The notes under the pieces: model-generated
Seen by the model: only the letters and a program-made list of their open reading frames with translations
Databases searched by the model: none
Told to the model about the DNA's origin: nothing
Position numbers and translations under genes: made by a program
Assembly: GCA_002269645.1 (NCBI GenBank)
Contig: NIVC01000284.1
Span: 62,001-126,000, forward strand
Direction: 5' to 3'
Origin: Macrostomum lignano
Taxonomy: Eukaryota
DNA length: 64,000 nt
Shown here: positions 10,101 through 23,457 of the stretch, piece after piece
How the letters are laid out: each line of letters starts with the position of its first letter
Numbering within the stretch: position 1 is the stretch's first letter

Positions 10101-13100
10101 GGGTCAGATATGGTCAGTGGGGGTCAGGATATAGTCAGTTGGGGGTCAGGAGATAGTCAGTGGGGGTCAAGATATAGTCAGTGGGGGTCAGTATATAGTC
10201 AGTGGGGATCAGGATATAGTCAGTGGGGGGTCAGGATATAATCAGTGGGGGTCAAGATATAGTCAGTGGGGGTCAGGATATAGTCAGTGGGGATCAGGAT
10301 ATAGTCAGTGGGGGTCAGGATATAGTCAGTGGGGGTCAGGATATAGTCAGTGGGGATCAGGATATAGTCAGTGGGGATCAGCCGATCAGGATATAGTCAG
10401 TGGGGGTCAGATATGTTCAGTGGGGGGGATATAGTCATTGGGGTCAGATATAGTCATTGGGGTTCAGGATATAGTCGGTGGGGGTCAAGATATAGTCAGT
10501 GGGGATCAGGATATAGTCAGTGGGGGTCAGGATATAGTCAGTGGGGTCAGGATATAATCAGTGGGGGTCAGGATATAGTCAGTGGGGGTCAGGATATAGT
10601 CAGTGGGGGTCAGGATATAGTCAGTGGGGGTCAGGATATAATCAGTGGGGGTCAGGATATAGTCAGTGGGGGTCAGGATATAGTCAGTGGGGATCAGCCG
10701 ATCAGGATATAGTCAGTGGGGGTCAGATATGGTCAGTGGGGGTCAGATATGGTCAGTGGGGGTCAGGATATAGTCATTGGGGGTCAGATATAGTCATTGG
10801 GGGTCAGGATATAGTCAGTGGGGGGTCAGGATATAGTCAGTGGGGGTCAGGATATAGTCAGTGGGGGGTCAAGATATAGTCAGTGGGGGTCAGGAGTCAA
10901 AGCCAAGCGACCCGGGCACTGTTAAACTCACCAATATTGCTGGACCTGGACCCCCGCTCAATCAGTGCCCTCCGACTGGGATTATTGAGAACGCTTCGCT
11001 TAGCTAGCGAGATATCCGACGACACCTGGGTGATGATGATTCGGCCTTCGAAACGACGCTTCAGAAAGTCGAACACGGCCCGTTGCATCATGTCGGTGAC
11101 TTCGTAGCCTTTTAGGCTGGGGCCCAGTAGGATCACGGGTCGCATGGAGGGCACCACCTCATATGGTGGGGCTGCGTCAGTCTGAAGGTTTAGGAGGCGA
11201 AGTTTTTGTAGGATTAGTAATCCACCTGACAAGTTAAAGGACCTGACCAACCTGACAGTTTTAGGATCTGACCAACCTGACAGTTTAAGAACCTGACCAA
11301 CCTGACAGTTTCAGAACCTGACCAACCTGACAGTTATACAATCTGACCAACCTGACAGTTTAAGGATCTGACCAACCTGACAATTTAAGGACCTGCGACC
11401 AACCTGACAGTTTAAGAACCTGACCAACCTGACAGTTTAAGGACCTGACCAACCTGACAGTTTAAGGATCTGACCAACCTGACAGTTCAAGGAGCTGACC
11501 AACCTGACAGTTCAAGAACCTGACCAACCTGACAGTTCAAGGACCTGACCAACCTGACAGTTTAAGGATCTGACCAACCTGACAGTTTAAGGATCTGACC
11601 AACCTGACAGTTTAAGGATCTGACCAACCTGACAGTTCAAGGAACTGACCAACCTGACAGTTTAAGGATCTGACCAACCTGACAGTTTAAGGATCTGACC
11701 AACCTGACAGTTTAAGGATCTGACCAACCTGACAGTTTTACAACCTGACCAACCTGACAGTTTTACAACCTGACCAACCTGACAGTTTTACAATCGGACC
11801 AACCTGACAGTTCAAGGACCTGACCGACCTGTCAGTTTTACAACCTGACCAACCTGACAGTTTTAGGATCTGACCAACCTGACAGTTCAAGGACCTGACC
11901 AACCTGTCAGTTTTACAACCTGACCAACCTGACAGTTTTACAACCTGACCAACCTGACAGTTTTACAACCTGACCAACCTGACAGTTTTACAACCTGACC
12001 AATCTGACAGTTTTACAACCTGACCAACCTGACAGTTTTAGGACCTGACCAATCTGACAGTTTTACAATCGGACCAACCTGACAGTTTAAGGATCTGACC
12101 AACCTGACAGTTTAAGGATCTGACCAACCTGACAGTTTAAGGATCTGACCAACCTGACAGTTCAAGGAACTGACCAACCTGACAGTTTAGGGATCTGACC
12201 AACCTGACAGTTTAAGGATCTGACCAACCTGACAGTTTAAGGATCTGACCAACCTGACAGTTTAAGGACCTGACCAACCTGACAGTTTAAGGACCTGACC
12301 AACCTGACAGTTCAAGGACCTGCGACCAACCTGACAGTTTAAGGACCTGACCAACCTGACAGTTTTACAACCTGACCAACCTGACAGTTTTACAACCTGA
12401 CCAACCTGACAGTTTTACAATCGGACCAACCTGACAGTTCAAGGACCTGACCAACCTGACAGTTTTACAACCTGACCAACCTGACAGTTTAAGGATCTGA
12501 CCAACCTGACAGTTTTACAACCTGACCAACCTGACAGTTTTAGGATCTGACCAACCTGACAGTTTTACAACCTGACCAACCTGACAGTTTAAGGACCTGA
12601 CCAACCTGACAGTTTTTGAACCTGACCAACCTGACCAACCAAACAGGTTCAAGAACTGACAGGTAACATGTACATGCAGAGACCCGCCTGACAGCATCGC
12701 AAATCCATATACTAAAATTTCTGAACTATCAACCAATACAACAGCGTCAAAACCTTTTTGAAAAACGCTTTTTTCCTGGCCGCATCGCCCCGCGCTCCAG
12801 CGCCGCCGCCTCCGCGGCCGAGCGAGTCCGAGTCTCCTTTGTCCGACTCGTCAGGCCCGTCCGTTACGAGCGGACCGGGCGCGGCTGGCGGGGTGCCTGG
12901 CAGTAGATACGTGCGGCGCGTATTAGTGCGTATCGGTACACAATGCATGTCCAGGGGTATTACACCAGGTAAGCCTAGAGGGGTATTACACCAGGTAAGT
13001 CTAGAGGGGTATTACACCAGTTGTGTCTAGGGGTATTACACCAGGTATGTCTAGGGGTATTACACCAGGTAAGTCTAGGGGTATTACACCAGGTATTCTA

Positions 13101-16100
13101 GGGGTATTACACCAGGTAAGTCTAGAGGGGTATTACACCAGGTAAGTCTAGCTAGAGGGGTATTACACCAGGTAAGTCTAGGGGTATTACACCAGGTATT
13201 CTAGGGGTATTACACCAGGTATGTCTAGGGGTATTACACCAGGTAAGTCTAGGGGTATTACACCAGGTATTCTAGGGGTATTACACCAGGTAAGTCTAGA
13301 GGGGTATTACACCAGGTAAGTCTAGAGGGGTATTACACCAGGTAAGTCTAGGGGTATTACACAAGGTATTCTAGGGGTATTACTCCAGGTAAGTCTAGGG
13401 GTATTACACCAGGTATTCTAGGGGTATTACACCAGGTAAGTCTAGAGGGGTATTACACCAGGTAAGTCTAGAGGGGTATTACACCAGGTAAGTCTAGAGG
13501 GGTATTACACCAGGTAAGTCTAGAGGGGTATTACACCAGGTAAGTCTAGAGGGGTATTACACCAGGTAAGTCTAGGGGTATTACACCAGGTATGTCTAGG
13601 GGTATTACACCAGTTGTGTCTAGGGGTATTACACCAGTTGTGTCTAGGGGTATTACACCAGTTGTGTCTAGGGGTATTACAGCAGGCATGTCTAGGGGTA
13701 TTGCATCAGGTATGTCCTGGGGTATTACAGCAGGCATGTCTAGGGGTATTATAGCAGGCATATCTAGGGGTATTACAGCGGGGTATTACCCAGCTCCCCA
13801 GCACCCACCTGTAGCCACGGCCCCAGCAGACCCAGCGCTCCTAGACGTGCCAGCACGCTGCTGAATTCTCAAATTATCCAGCCTAGCTGGTGACGGCACG
13901 AATTGACAATCGCAGCCCTCCTTCACCAGGCGGCCAATCCACCAATAGCTGTCGAATTTCTCTTTGATGTGTAGAAAATCTTTAGCCCCAAACGTGATGG
14001 CTTGCCCGGGAACTGGGCATTCGTTATCGTTAGCGCCATCATAGGCAACATTGGTTCTGACGGCAAATGCTACAGGTTTAGTTTTCGCTTTCTCGAGCTG
14101 TTCGGCCGCTTGTTTCTGACGCTCGCGTTTCGTCTCCTCGTCTACGCTGGCGCCAGTTGAGCTCTGATCGTCCGAGTAGTTCGACTCGACGCTGCCCTGC
14201 ATGCGGATTTTTGACGGCTATTTTTTATTGTTTAGAAATGATTTTATTTTTGTTAGTTGTTACTTTCAGTAGGCGAAATAGCCCGTTCGCTAACTTTTAT
14301 AGGCTGGTCCTGAGGGCCATGAATGTCTTTGTGGCTTCTAGCTACAGAGGGGGCGCCAGCTACAGAGGGGTGCCAGCTACATAGGCGGCGCCAGCTACAG
14401 AGGGAGCGCCAGCTACAGAGGGAGCGCCAGCTACAGAGGGGTGCCAGCTACATAGGCGGCGCCAGCTACAGAGGGAGCGCCAGCTACAGAGGGGTGCCAG
14501 CTACATAGGCGGCGCCAGCTACAGAGGGAGCGCCAGCTACAGAGAGGGGGCGCCAGCTACAGAGGGGGCGCCAGCTACAGAGGGAGCGCCAGCTACAGAG
14601 AGGGGGCGCCAGCTACAGAGGGGGCGCCAGCTACAGAGGGAGCGCCAGCTACAGAGAGGGGGCGCCAGCTACAGAGGGGGCGCCAGCTACAGAGGGGTGC
14701 CAGCTACATAGGCGGCGCCAGCTACAGAGGGAGCGCCAGCTACAGAGAGGGGGCGCCAGCTACAGAGGGGGCGCCAGCTACAGAGGGAGCGCCAGCTACA
14801 GAGAGGGGGCGCCAGCTACAGAGGGGGCGCCAGCTACAGAGGGAGCGCCAGCTACAGAGAGGGGGCGCCAGCTACAGAGGGGGCGCCAGCTACAGAGAGG
14901 GGGCGCCAGCTACAGAGAGGGGGCGCCAGCTACATCGGGGGCGCCAGCTATAGAGGGGGACGCCAGCTACAGAGAGGGGGCGCCAGCTACAGAGAGGGGG
15001 CGCCAGCTATAGAGGGGGCGCCAGCTACAGAGAGGGGGCGCCAGCTATAGAGGGGGACGCCAGCTACAGAGAGGGGGCGCCAGCTACAGAGAGGGGGCGC
15101 CAGCTATAGAGGGGGACGCCAGCTACAGAGAGGGGGCGCCAGCTATAGAGGGGGACGCCAGCTACAGAGAGGGGGCGCCAGCTACAGAGAGGGGGCGCCA
15201 GCTATAGAGGGGGACGCCAGCTACAGAGAGGGGGCGCCAGCTACAGAGGGAGCGCCAGCTACAGAGAGGGGGCGCCAGCTACAGAGGGGGCGCCAGCTAC
15301 AGAGGGAGCGCCAGCTACAGAGAGGGGGCGCCAGCTACAGAGGGGGCGCCAGCTACAGAGGGAGCGCCAGCTACAGAGAGGGGGCGCCAGCTACAGAGGG
15401 GGCGCCAGCTACAGAGAGGGGGCGCCAGCTACAGAGAGGGGGCGCCAGCTACATCGGGGGCGCCAGCTATAGAGGGGGACGCCAGCTACATCGGGGGCGC
15501 CAGCTATAGAGGGGGACGCCAGCTACAGAGAGGGGGCGCCAGCTACAGAGAGGGGGCGCCAGCTATAGAGGGGGACGCCAGCTACAGAGAGGGGGCGCCA
15601 GCTACAGAGAGGGGGCGCCAGCTATAGAGGGGGACGCCAGCTACAGAGAGGGGGCGCCAGCTATAGAGGGGGACGCCAGCTACAGAGAGGGGGCGCCAGC
15701 TACAGAGAGGGGGCGCCAGCTATAGAGGGGGACGCCAGCTACAGAGAGGGGGCGCCAGCTACAGAGAGGGGCGCCAGCTATAAAGGGGGCGCCAGCTACA
15801 GAGAGGGGGCGCCAGCTATAGAGGGGGACGCCAGCAACAGAGAGGGGGCGCCAGCTACAGAGAGGGGCGCCAGCTATAGAGGGGGCGCCAGCTACAGAGA
15901 GGGGGCGCCAGCTACATAGGCGGCGCCAGCTACAGAGAGGGGGCGCCAGCTACAGAGAGGGGGTGCCAGCTACAGGGGGGCGCCAGCTATAGAGGGGGCG
16001 CCAGCTACATAGGGGGCGCCAGCTACAGAGGGGGCGCCATGTCAGCCACAGATGGGGCGCCAGCTACAGAGGGGCGACATGCCAGCTACAGAAGGGCGCC

Positions 16101-18542
16101 ATGCCAGCCACAGATGGGGCGCCAGCTACAGAGGGGGCGCCATGCCAGCTACAGAGGGGGCGCCATGCCAGCCACAGATGGGGCGCCAGCTACAGAGGGG
16201 GCGCCATGCCAGCCACAGATGGGGCGCCAGCTACAGAGGGGACGCCATGCCAGCCACAGATGGGGCGCCAGCTACAGAGGGGCGCCATGCCAGCTACAGA
16301 GGGGGCGCCATACCAGCCACAGATGGGGCGCCAGCTACAGAAGGGCGCCATGCCAGCCACAGATGGGGCGCCAGCTACAGAGGGGGCGCCATGCCAGCTA
16401 CAGAGGGGGCGCCATGCCAGCTACAGAGGGGGCGCCATGCCAGCCACAGATGGGGCGCCAGCTACAGAGGGGGCGCCATGCCAGCCACAGATGGGGCGCC
16501 ATGCCAGCTACAGAGGGGGCGCCATGCCAGCCACAGATGGGGCGCCAGCTACAGAGGGGGCGCCATGCCAGCTACAGAGGGGGCGCCATGCCAGCTACAG
16601 AGGGGGCGCCATGCCAGCCACAGATGGGGCGCCAGCTACAGAGGGGGCGCCATGCCAGCTACAGAGGGGGCGCCATGCCAGCTACAGAGGGGGCGCCATG
16701 CCAGCCACAGATGGGGCGCCAGCTACAGAGGGGGCGCCATGCCAGCTACAGAGGGGGCGCCATGCCAGCTACAGAGGGGGCGCCATGCCAGCTACAGAGG
16801 GGGCGCCATGCCAGCCACAGATGGGGCGCCAGCTACAGAGGGGGCGCCATGCCAGCTACAGATGCCAGCCACAGATGGGGCAGCTACAGCTGCAATGCAT
16901 CAACGCTGCTGTTGTAAGCAGCAAAAAGCTACGCATACAAACAGGTCAAACAGTATAAGAGCCAGTAAACAGAAGTTGTTAGAATCGTTCCCAACCCATC
17001 CGAGTGTCAATCAGTCCTTGCCTTGGTTGGGTGGGGGGGGGGCTTTAGCTAGCTACTAATGGTTTTCAAGAAACAGCTGCGTACAAGCAATGAGCCATTA
17101 AAGGCGACGAGATGCCCAAAGGAAACGGGAGGTGAAGGCTAAAATAAGTCGGTCAGGAGTTCCTACGCCTCTCCCAGTGTGCGCATCTGTCAGGTGACCT
17201 GCCGCTCGTTAAAAAAGTAACCAGTTTTCTATCAATATACAATATATAATATATATTTGCTGCTATGGCGCAGATTATGCACTTTTTTAATTCTAACCCT
17301 AAGAATGTGTCCCGCATTCCCAGTGCATCCGTGAGAAAAAAGCTGTCACTAAATATCATAAGAACTTGTGCCAGTGGAGTAGACGGGAATCAGTAGACGA
17401 GTGTCTCTTGATGGGCGCCCCTGTCTCTTAATAGGCGCCCCCGTTCACTTGATGGGCACCTCTGTCTCTTGGTGGGCGCCCCTGTCTCTTGATGGGCGCC
17501 CCTGTCTCTTAATAGGCGCCCCCGTTCACTTGATGGGCACCTCTGTCTCTTGATGGGCGCCCCTGTCTCTTTGTGGGCGCCCCTGTCTCTTGGTGGGCGC
17601 CCCTGTCTCTTGATGGGCACCCGTCTCTTGGTGGGCGCCCGTGTCTCTTGGTGGGCACCTCTGTCTCTTGGTGGGCACCTCTGTCTCTTGGTGGGCACCT
17701 CTGTCTCTTGGTGGGCGCCCCAGTCTCTTTGTGGGCGCCCACAGGTCTGTTGGTGGACGCCCACAGGTCTGTTGGTGGACGCCCACAGGTCTGTTGGTGG
17801 GCGCCCCTGTCTCTTGATGGGCGCCCCTGTCTCTTGATGGGCGCCCCTGTCTCTTGGTGGGCACCTCTGTCTCTTGGTGGGCACCTCTGTCTCTTGGTGG
17901 GCGCCCCTGTCTCTTGGTGGGCACCTCTGTCTCTTGGTGGGCACCTCTGTCTCTTGGTGGGCGCCCCAGTCTCTTTGTGGGCGCCCACAGGTCTGTTGGT
18001 GGACGCCCACAGGTCTGTTGGTGGGCGCCCCTGTCTCTTGATGGGCGCCCCTGTCTCTTGATGGGCGCCCCTGTCTCTTGGTGGGCGCCCCTGTCTCTTG
18101 ATGGGCGCCCCTGTCTCTTTGTGGGCGCCTCTGTCTCTTTGTGGGCGCCCCCAGGTCTGTTGGTGGGCGCCCCTGTCTCTTTTTTGGCGCCCCTGTCTCT
18201 TGATGGGCGCCCCTGTCACTTGATGGGCGCCTCTGTCTCTTGATGGGCGCCCCTGTCTCTTTGTGAAACTCTTTTACTTCTATTTCCTAAGCTGGTGGAT
18301 ACCTTTTGTCATTCATAGAACTTGATTGCTCTTTAATTGTTTAAAGGAGCACAATCGTGTAAAAGCATTAGGAAGTTGAATAAACTCAAAATGCCAACCT
18401 GTCGAATAAGAGAACCCTGACTTGATGGATTGCTGTCAGCTCGGACAAAATCATGATGCTGCTGCTGCTGCTGTAACAGCCTGGGCTGAACTTGAATTCC
18501 AGCTCTGTGGCCCGGGATGCCCACAGGAGTTGCACGGTATTG
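7155..18542 (-). CDS. CACNB: Voltage-gated calcium channel beta subunit (SH3-HOOK-GK); 5' start exon not identified
   Basis: Minus-strand exons 18542-18399, 14196-13809, 12896-12754, 11181-10932, 9431-9184, 8429-8247 and 7412-7155 (TAA), all GT/AG with compatible phases. Motifs: IRQ|[99 protein letters not shown]. Confidence 0.95.
7500..8110. repeat. Purine-rich 20/40-bp tandem repeat in a CACNB intron
   Basis: GACAGAGGGAAGAGGGTACAGACGGCGGGGAGAGGGTAGA with period 40. Confidence 0.93.
8630..9140. repeat. About 27-bp tandem repeat (CATGTCACTCTTGAAAGCACTCCGATC) in a CACNB intron
   Basis: Degenerate units with period about 27. Confidence 0.9.
9585..10885. repeat. 21-22-bp tandem repeat (GTCAGGATATAGTCAGTGGGG) in a CACNB intron
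   Basis: About 60 units. Confidence 0.95.
11230..12640. repeat. 25-bp tandem repeat (CTGACCAACCTGACAGTTTAAGGAT) in a CACNB intron
   Basis: About 55 units with period 25. Confidence 0.95.
12950..13790. repeat. 24-26-bp tandem repeat (CTAGGGGTATTACACCAGGTAAGT) in a CACNB intron
   Basis: About 33 units. Confidence 0.95.
14335..16880. repeat. 18-20-bp GC-rich minisatellite (GCGCCAGCTACAGAGGGGG) that becomes composite after about 16030
   Basis: More than 100 units. Later units add GCCATGCCAGCCACAGATGGGG. Confidence 0.96.
17400..18265. repeat. 20-bp tandem repeat (GGGCGCCCCTGTCTCTTGGT) in a CACNB intron
   Basis: About 42 units. Confidence 0.94.
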
Positions 18543-21500
18543 CTAAAATTTAACACAGGGAAAGGATGAATGAGTAATTTTTTATATACTTAATGTATCA
18601 AAATTTTGCATAGTGAACATTATTGTCATTTAAAGTCTTTAAATCTACCAAAAAAGGGTTTAGGGTCTGAATTAAAATTCTAATTTTCAAAAATCAGGAG
18701 CAATTGTAGGAACTAATTATTTTAATAACAGTCAGCTTGGTGATAGTTATTTCAACAACATCTATTTTGGTACCAATATATAATAGAGCATTAAGTATAT
18801 TAACTATAATTTATAAGTTTTATTTTGTTTTCTTGACTAAAAGATAATAAATAAACAACGCTTCAAGATTGCTTCAGTTTTATTTCTGAAATACACTTTA
18901 ATTTGTTATGTTTACTGTTATTATTATTTATGCTTATTAATATTTAGTATTTGTATACTATTACCTTCTACAAAAAGCCCTAGCCTAGTATATAATCACT
19001 AATTAGCCATGTCATTGTGACATATAATGTGGGGGCCTCGAGAATAATTGGCAAAGGCAAATAAATATGGCAGAGGCAATTTGGTAGCAGTAGCACTTGG
19101 CAATAATGGTGGCTAATGCAATCAATGGCCACAGACTTTGTTTATTATAATGTTGTTATTGTCAACAGAGACAGGTCAAAGTACTAGTTAGGTTCATAAC
19201 AATGCTCTGGCGGCTACACAACAATGAGTTAGATAGTAGAAGGCAGAGTGGGTCAATGAGTTGAGGCAGTGGCAACAAGGTGATAGCAGTGAACATATGG
19301 TGGCGGTGCTCGTAGTGAGCTCGAACAGACAGTAGGAGTGGCATGACTGAGAGTGGCAAAGGTGTGGTCTAGAACCGTGGCAGAGTGAGGCAGGAAGAGA
19401 AGGAAAACAAACAAGAGTGCCGGGGCAGTAAGGATCTATAGGTGGGGATGCAAAACATGGTTAACCCTGAGCACATGGCCAGACAGGACTGATAAAGAGT
19501 GGGCTGGGGAGAACTTAGTATAATTAATGGGCAGCTTTTCTATTGGCCTGCTAGGAAAAATAGAAAAACAGAAATTATTGATCCCATACTGTATGCAGGC
19601 TTTACAAATATATGTAGCTGATTAAAATTCTTTGGGCACTACTTTAAGCAGATGTGAGAGAACGAAACCAATAATATTATAGATTGGTACTGTATATCAA
19701 AATGGCCCTTGGTAGGGCTACTTAAACTGACTATGTCACATCATTACTAAAGACCTACTTAGACCTGACAGTTAATATTTGACCTGACAGGTAATTTTTA
19801 AGACCACTTTCATAGAATTTTATTGTATGCTTTTGATTTTACCATATTTAGTATTATTTTCTATGCCTATAAATTTCCTATAGCCATAGGCATAGGAAAA
19901 ATTTATTGTATAAATGTATTGTATATATTAAATACATTATTATATTAGAATGATATATATATATATTTATTAATGTGAACACTGCTTATTTATCTTTTTT
20001 TACCACACTTAATATACTAGATTTACTTGCAACATGCATTCAATTTGTGCAATGCCAAAGTTTTGGCAATATAAAACAATGGACACTGGATGCTCCATAC
20101 ACATTTTTAGCACCAAAGTAACCTGTCACTGAAACAGACGTCACCAAAGTAACTGCCACCAAACTGACTACCATCACTGAAGTAATTGTATTACGCATTG
20201 CAATTACCAGGAAACGCCATACTTATATATAAATAGTCATACTCTTTCATAGAAATAAATTCGTCACCTCAATACGACAATAGCTATCATGGGAAATTAC
20301 TAAATTAGACACTAAAGAAAACAGAACATGTACAGTTAAATATTTACGAATTCGAAAGCATATAGACAGTTCATTTTAGTAAAATTTTATTAATTTATAA
20401 TCTTTTTGTCAACACTTACATCGTCGATTATTCCAAAGCTCATCGAAACGCCCAATTCAATGAACAATATACATAGTCTAATAATACAATGCGATAAACA
20501 ATGGTATAAAAATGAGAAAGAGATCCTTAACAGTTTATGATATGTTTATTACCAGTCTTACATGTTGAGGTTACCTAACATAAAACATAAAATAGTCAAT
20601 AAACTCCGAACTCTTGAATTATGAATTAGAATTTTCGTAGAAAAATCAATTTATTGAATTCCAGAATCGAATTACCGCGGACAGTTAATCTACGATAAAA
20701 AGTAGTAAGTAAATAAATACATATTTGCAAATTTTTGTTTATTTAGAAACATGTCAATTATCTTGTTTTTTAATTGTTGAGCTTTTCTATTTTTTAAATT
20801 TTGTTGTACTGTGTAAAGCGTCACAATTCGACGCAACGCGTATTTTCAAATGTTTGTGCTTAGAATGTTCTGAAAGAAGTTTACATTGTGGTATGTTTAT
20901 TTAAGCCGTTTTAATATTCCTGTGAAATAACTCATATAGGTAGACTGCTTTACTTTTAACTTTCAGTTTTACTAGCTAGTTTTATAGACATTACTAGCCA
21001 TCTAGTGCCCCCTCTTTGGAGCGCCCAATAAATAGGCAAGAGACAAAAAATTATTTTTTTTTTAATTCTATTTTCCTTGACACTTAAGAAATTCCCCTTA
21101 GGTGTCCCCCTTTGGTGTCCCCCTTAGGGAAAATATTTAATATTATCATTTATCATATCATCATTTAATTAAATAAAATGTATATTATACCTTCTATACA
21201 AAGGTAATAAAATTTAAAAAAAATTAAGTTTCTTTTTTATTTTATGATGCAATGTGTTTTGAAATATTGTGTTTTTATTTATTTGTAATTAGAAAATTTC
21301 TTTTATTCTATAAAAACTTTAGCATCTACAGCTACAAGAGGGTTAAAAGTTTTGTCATTTCATAGATAGAGTAGAAATATCAAAATAGTGTTGCATTATT
21401 TTTGAATATATATAGTCCCCTTGGCCTTGGCAATCAATACATTTCTGCCATAGTGCCATTGGTTGAGCAGTACCCGGATATCACTAGTGTAGAACTTGGC

Positions 21501-21639
21501 TAGTTGGTCCTCTAGCCACTAGTTGGCAAGGTTGATGACCCCTTTGTTAAACTCAAAATAGTGCCTAGGCCCTACAGAGTAGCTGCTTATGCTGATGGGA
21601 AAATAGATAGAAATTGGGTGTGCCAGGTCTAGTGAATAG

Positions 21640-22016
21640 TAGAGGTCCGATGGGATCCCGATCCCAATCCCAAAATCTTGGGATCCCAAGGAAAATTGAA
21701 TTCCCACGGGACCAGAATCCTGACCCTAAAAAACTCAAGATTTGAGAAAAGGTCTTTTGATTAAAAATTTATAGAATTAGACAATTAATATTAGTGATTG
21801 CTTGAAGGTATTTTGCTTTAACTTGTACTCGTTACATTATTTACTTTGTTGGTAATAAAACTTCATATCAATTTCGTTGTGTTTTACTTCTTGATCTTGA
21901 CAATCTTTTCTCAATTTTGTTTAACTTTACATGGACAATACATTAAAAGGCCTGATCCCAATTCCTGAATCCCTATCCCAATCCCGCCCAAAGATTTTAA
22001 TCCCGTCTGACCTCTA
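21640..22016. mobile_element. hAT-like MITE (older copy)
   Basis: Termini TAGAGGTCCGATGGGAT and ATCCCGTCTGACCTCTA (15/17 inverted match). Flanks GTGAATAG and ATGAATAA (6/8) resemble a decayed 8-bp TSD. GGGAT/ATCCC subterminal motifs. Confidence 0.6.
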
Positions 22017-23457
22017 ATGAATAAGCCAAATAGATGAGGATTTCAAACCCCACAGTAGTGGCAGCATTAATTGCAACCATGGCAGTGTGAACTGAGGTAT
22101 TGTTATGAAGCAATAGAGGAAAGGGGGCAGCATTTACCTTCCCTGTTTCTTCTGGACAACTGCATAGCCATAATAAAGCTAGCCTAGCTATTCAGCATAC
22201 CAGACACCTATGGCAATGTGCCCAATAAGCAAGTACTTAGCAAGTAGGATTCCTTGACAGTCCCAAAAGAAACAGGCTAAGAGGCTAAGAGCTTGCTAGC
22301 TAATTTTTGCTTGCTTGAACTTGTAGGGCCCCTTCCCTAGGTAGAATGCTGCCAGTCTATGGAATCTTGCCTAAACTTAGGATCAAAGTAGTAGATCCAG
22401 TATTCATTTTCAGTTATGATTTGTCACTTAAATCCATCTGGGTTCTCGTTGTAAAAGTCTAGCATAAGCCAGCAAGAGCTAAGCCAGTTTTGCTTGTGGT
22501 CCTATGAAAGCATTTGGGATACTTATCAGGCACTAATCTTATTGTATTTTAGGATTTGGCATATGATCTTATTCACTGACCTAGCTAAGATGCCCATAGG
22601 TTAGGCAATTGTGGCAACTTGAATTTGGCAATCCTTATCAAGCAAATTGGTTATTGCCTCAACTTTCTCCTAGGTGGTGCTAATAGTAGGCCATATACTA
22701 CAAGAGTCATTTTCAAGGCCTTGACTTTCTAACCCTTAAGTAGATATATTCTATGACCTAAAGATGGCCCTAAACCCCTAAAGTTATAAATTGCTTTCTA
22801 TCTAATGAATTTTATTATAAGAAGCCCTAAATGAATATTGCTATAGACTATATTAACATAGGGAGTTGTATTTCAAGTTAGACCTATTTACTTTTGAGTA
22901 TTCTAACCAGATAATTTGCCAAAGATAGCAACAATGGATGACTTACATCTAGTTATTTATACAACTAAGTTAGTTAAAAATGCCAACTAGCTAAGAATCC
23001 AATCAATTTAAGGCTAATCCAGAGGGTCCATTATAAAACTATACTATACTAGGCCTCTGAGAGAGACACATAGACTCTTTGAAAAACATGTTAACTATAG
23101 ATACAAGTATAAATTTCATGGTAACAATATGTTCCCTAGAACCATTTTCATATTGGTGTGGCCAAATTAAAAGTCAAAGCCATAAAAAAGATTGTCATTG
23201 TCAGTTTTTTTGATAGGATAGATTAAAAAAATAACTAATATAAACTTTTATATAAGAAGTTATAATTTTGGCAATTAGATAATTTTTATAAATTTTAATT
23301 AGATTTTCAAAGGTCTAATATTAAAATTGATACTAATTAAATATTATAACAGAAATATTCAATCAATTCAATTATTCAATTTGCCTATGCATAATTTTTA
23401 TCTATATTTCATATTATTATTTATGACAAACAGATAAGCAACAAAGTTGCATATCAC

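Noticed and set aside
9464-10879. Gly/Ser/Tyr/Trp-rich repeat protein ORFs (GSGYSQW)n
   Set aside because: They lie inside a CACNB intron on the opposite strand, shift frame with G-run length, and have no splice or start context.
16039-18243. Long ORFs of 130-335 aa in several frames
   Set aside because: They are translations of stop-free minisatellites and are open in multiple frames at once.
20205-20235. Possible CACNB start exon (ATG GCG TTT CCT G|GTAATT on the minus strand)
   Set aside because: It ends in phase 1, whereas exon 18542 needs phase 0. There is no homology support.
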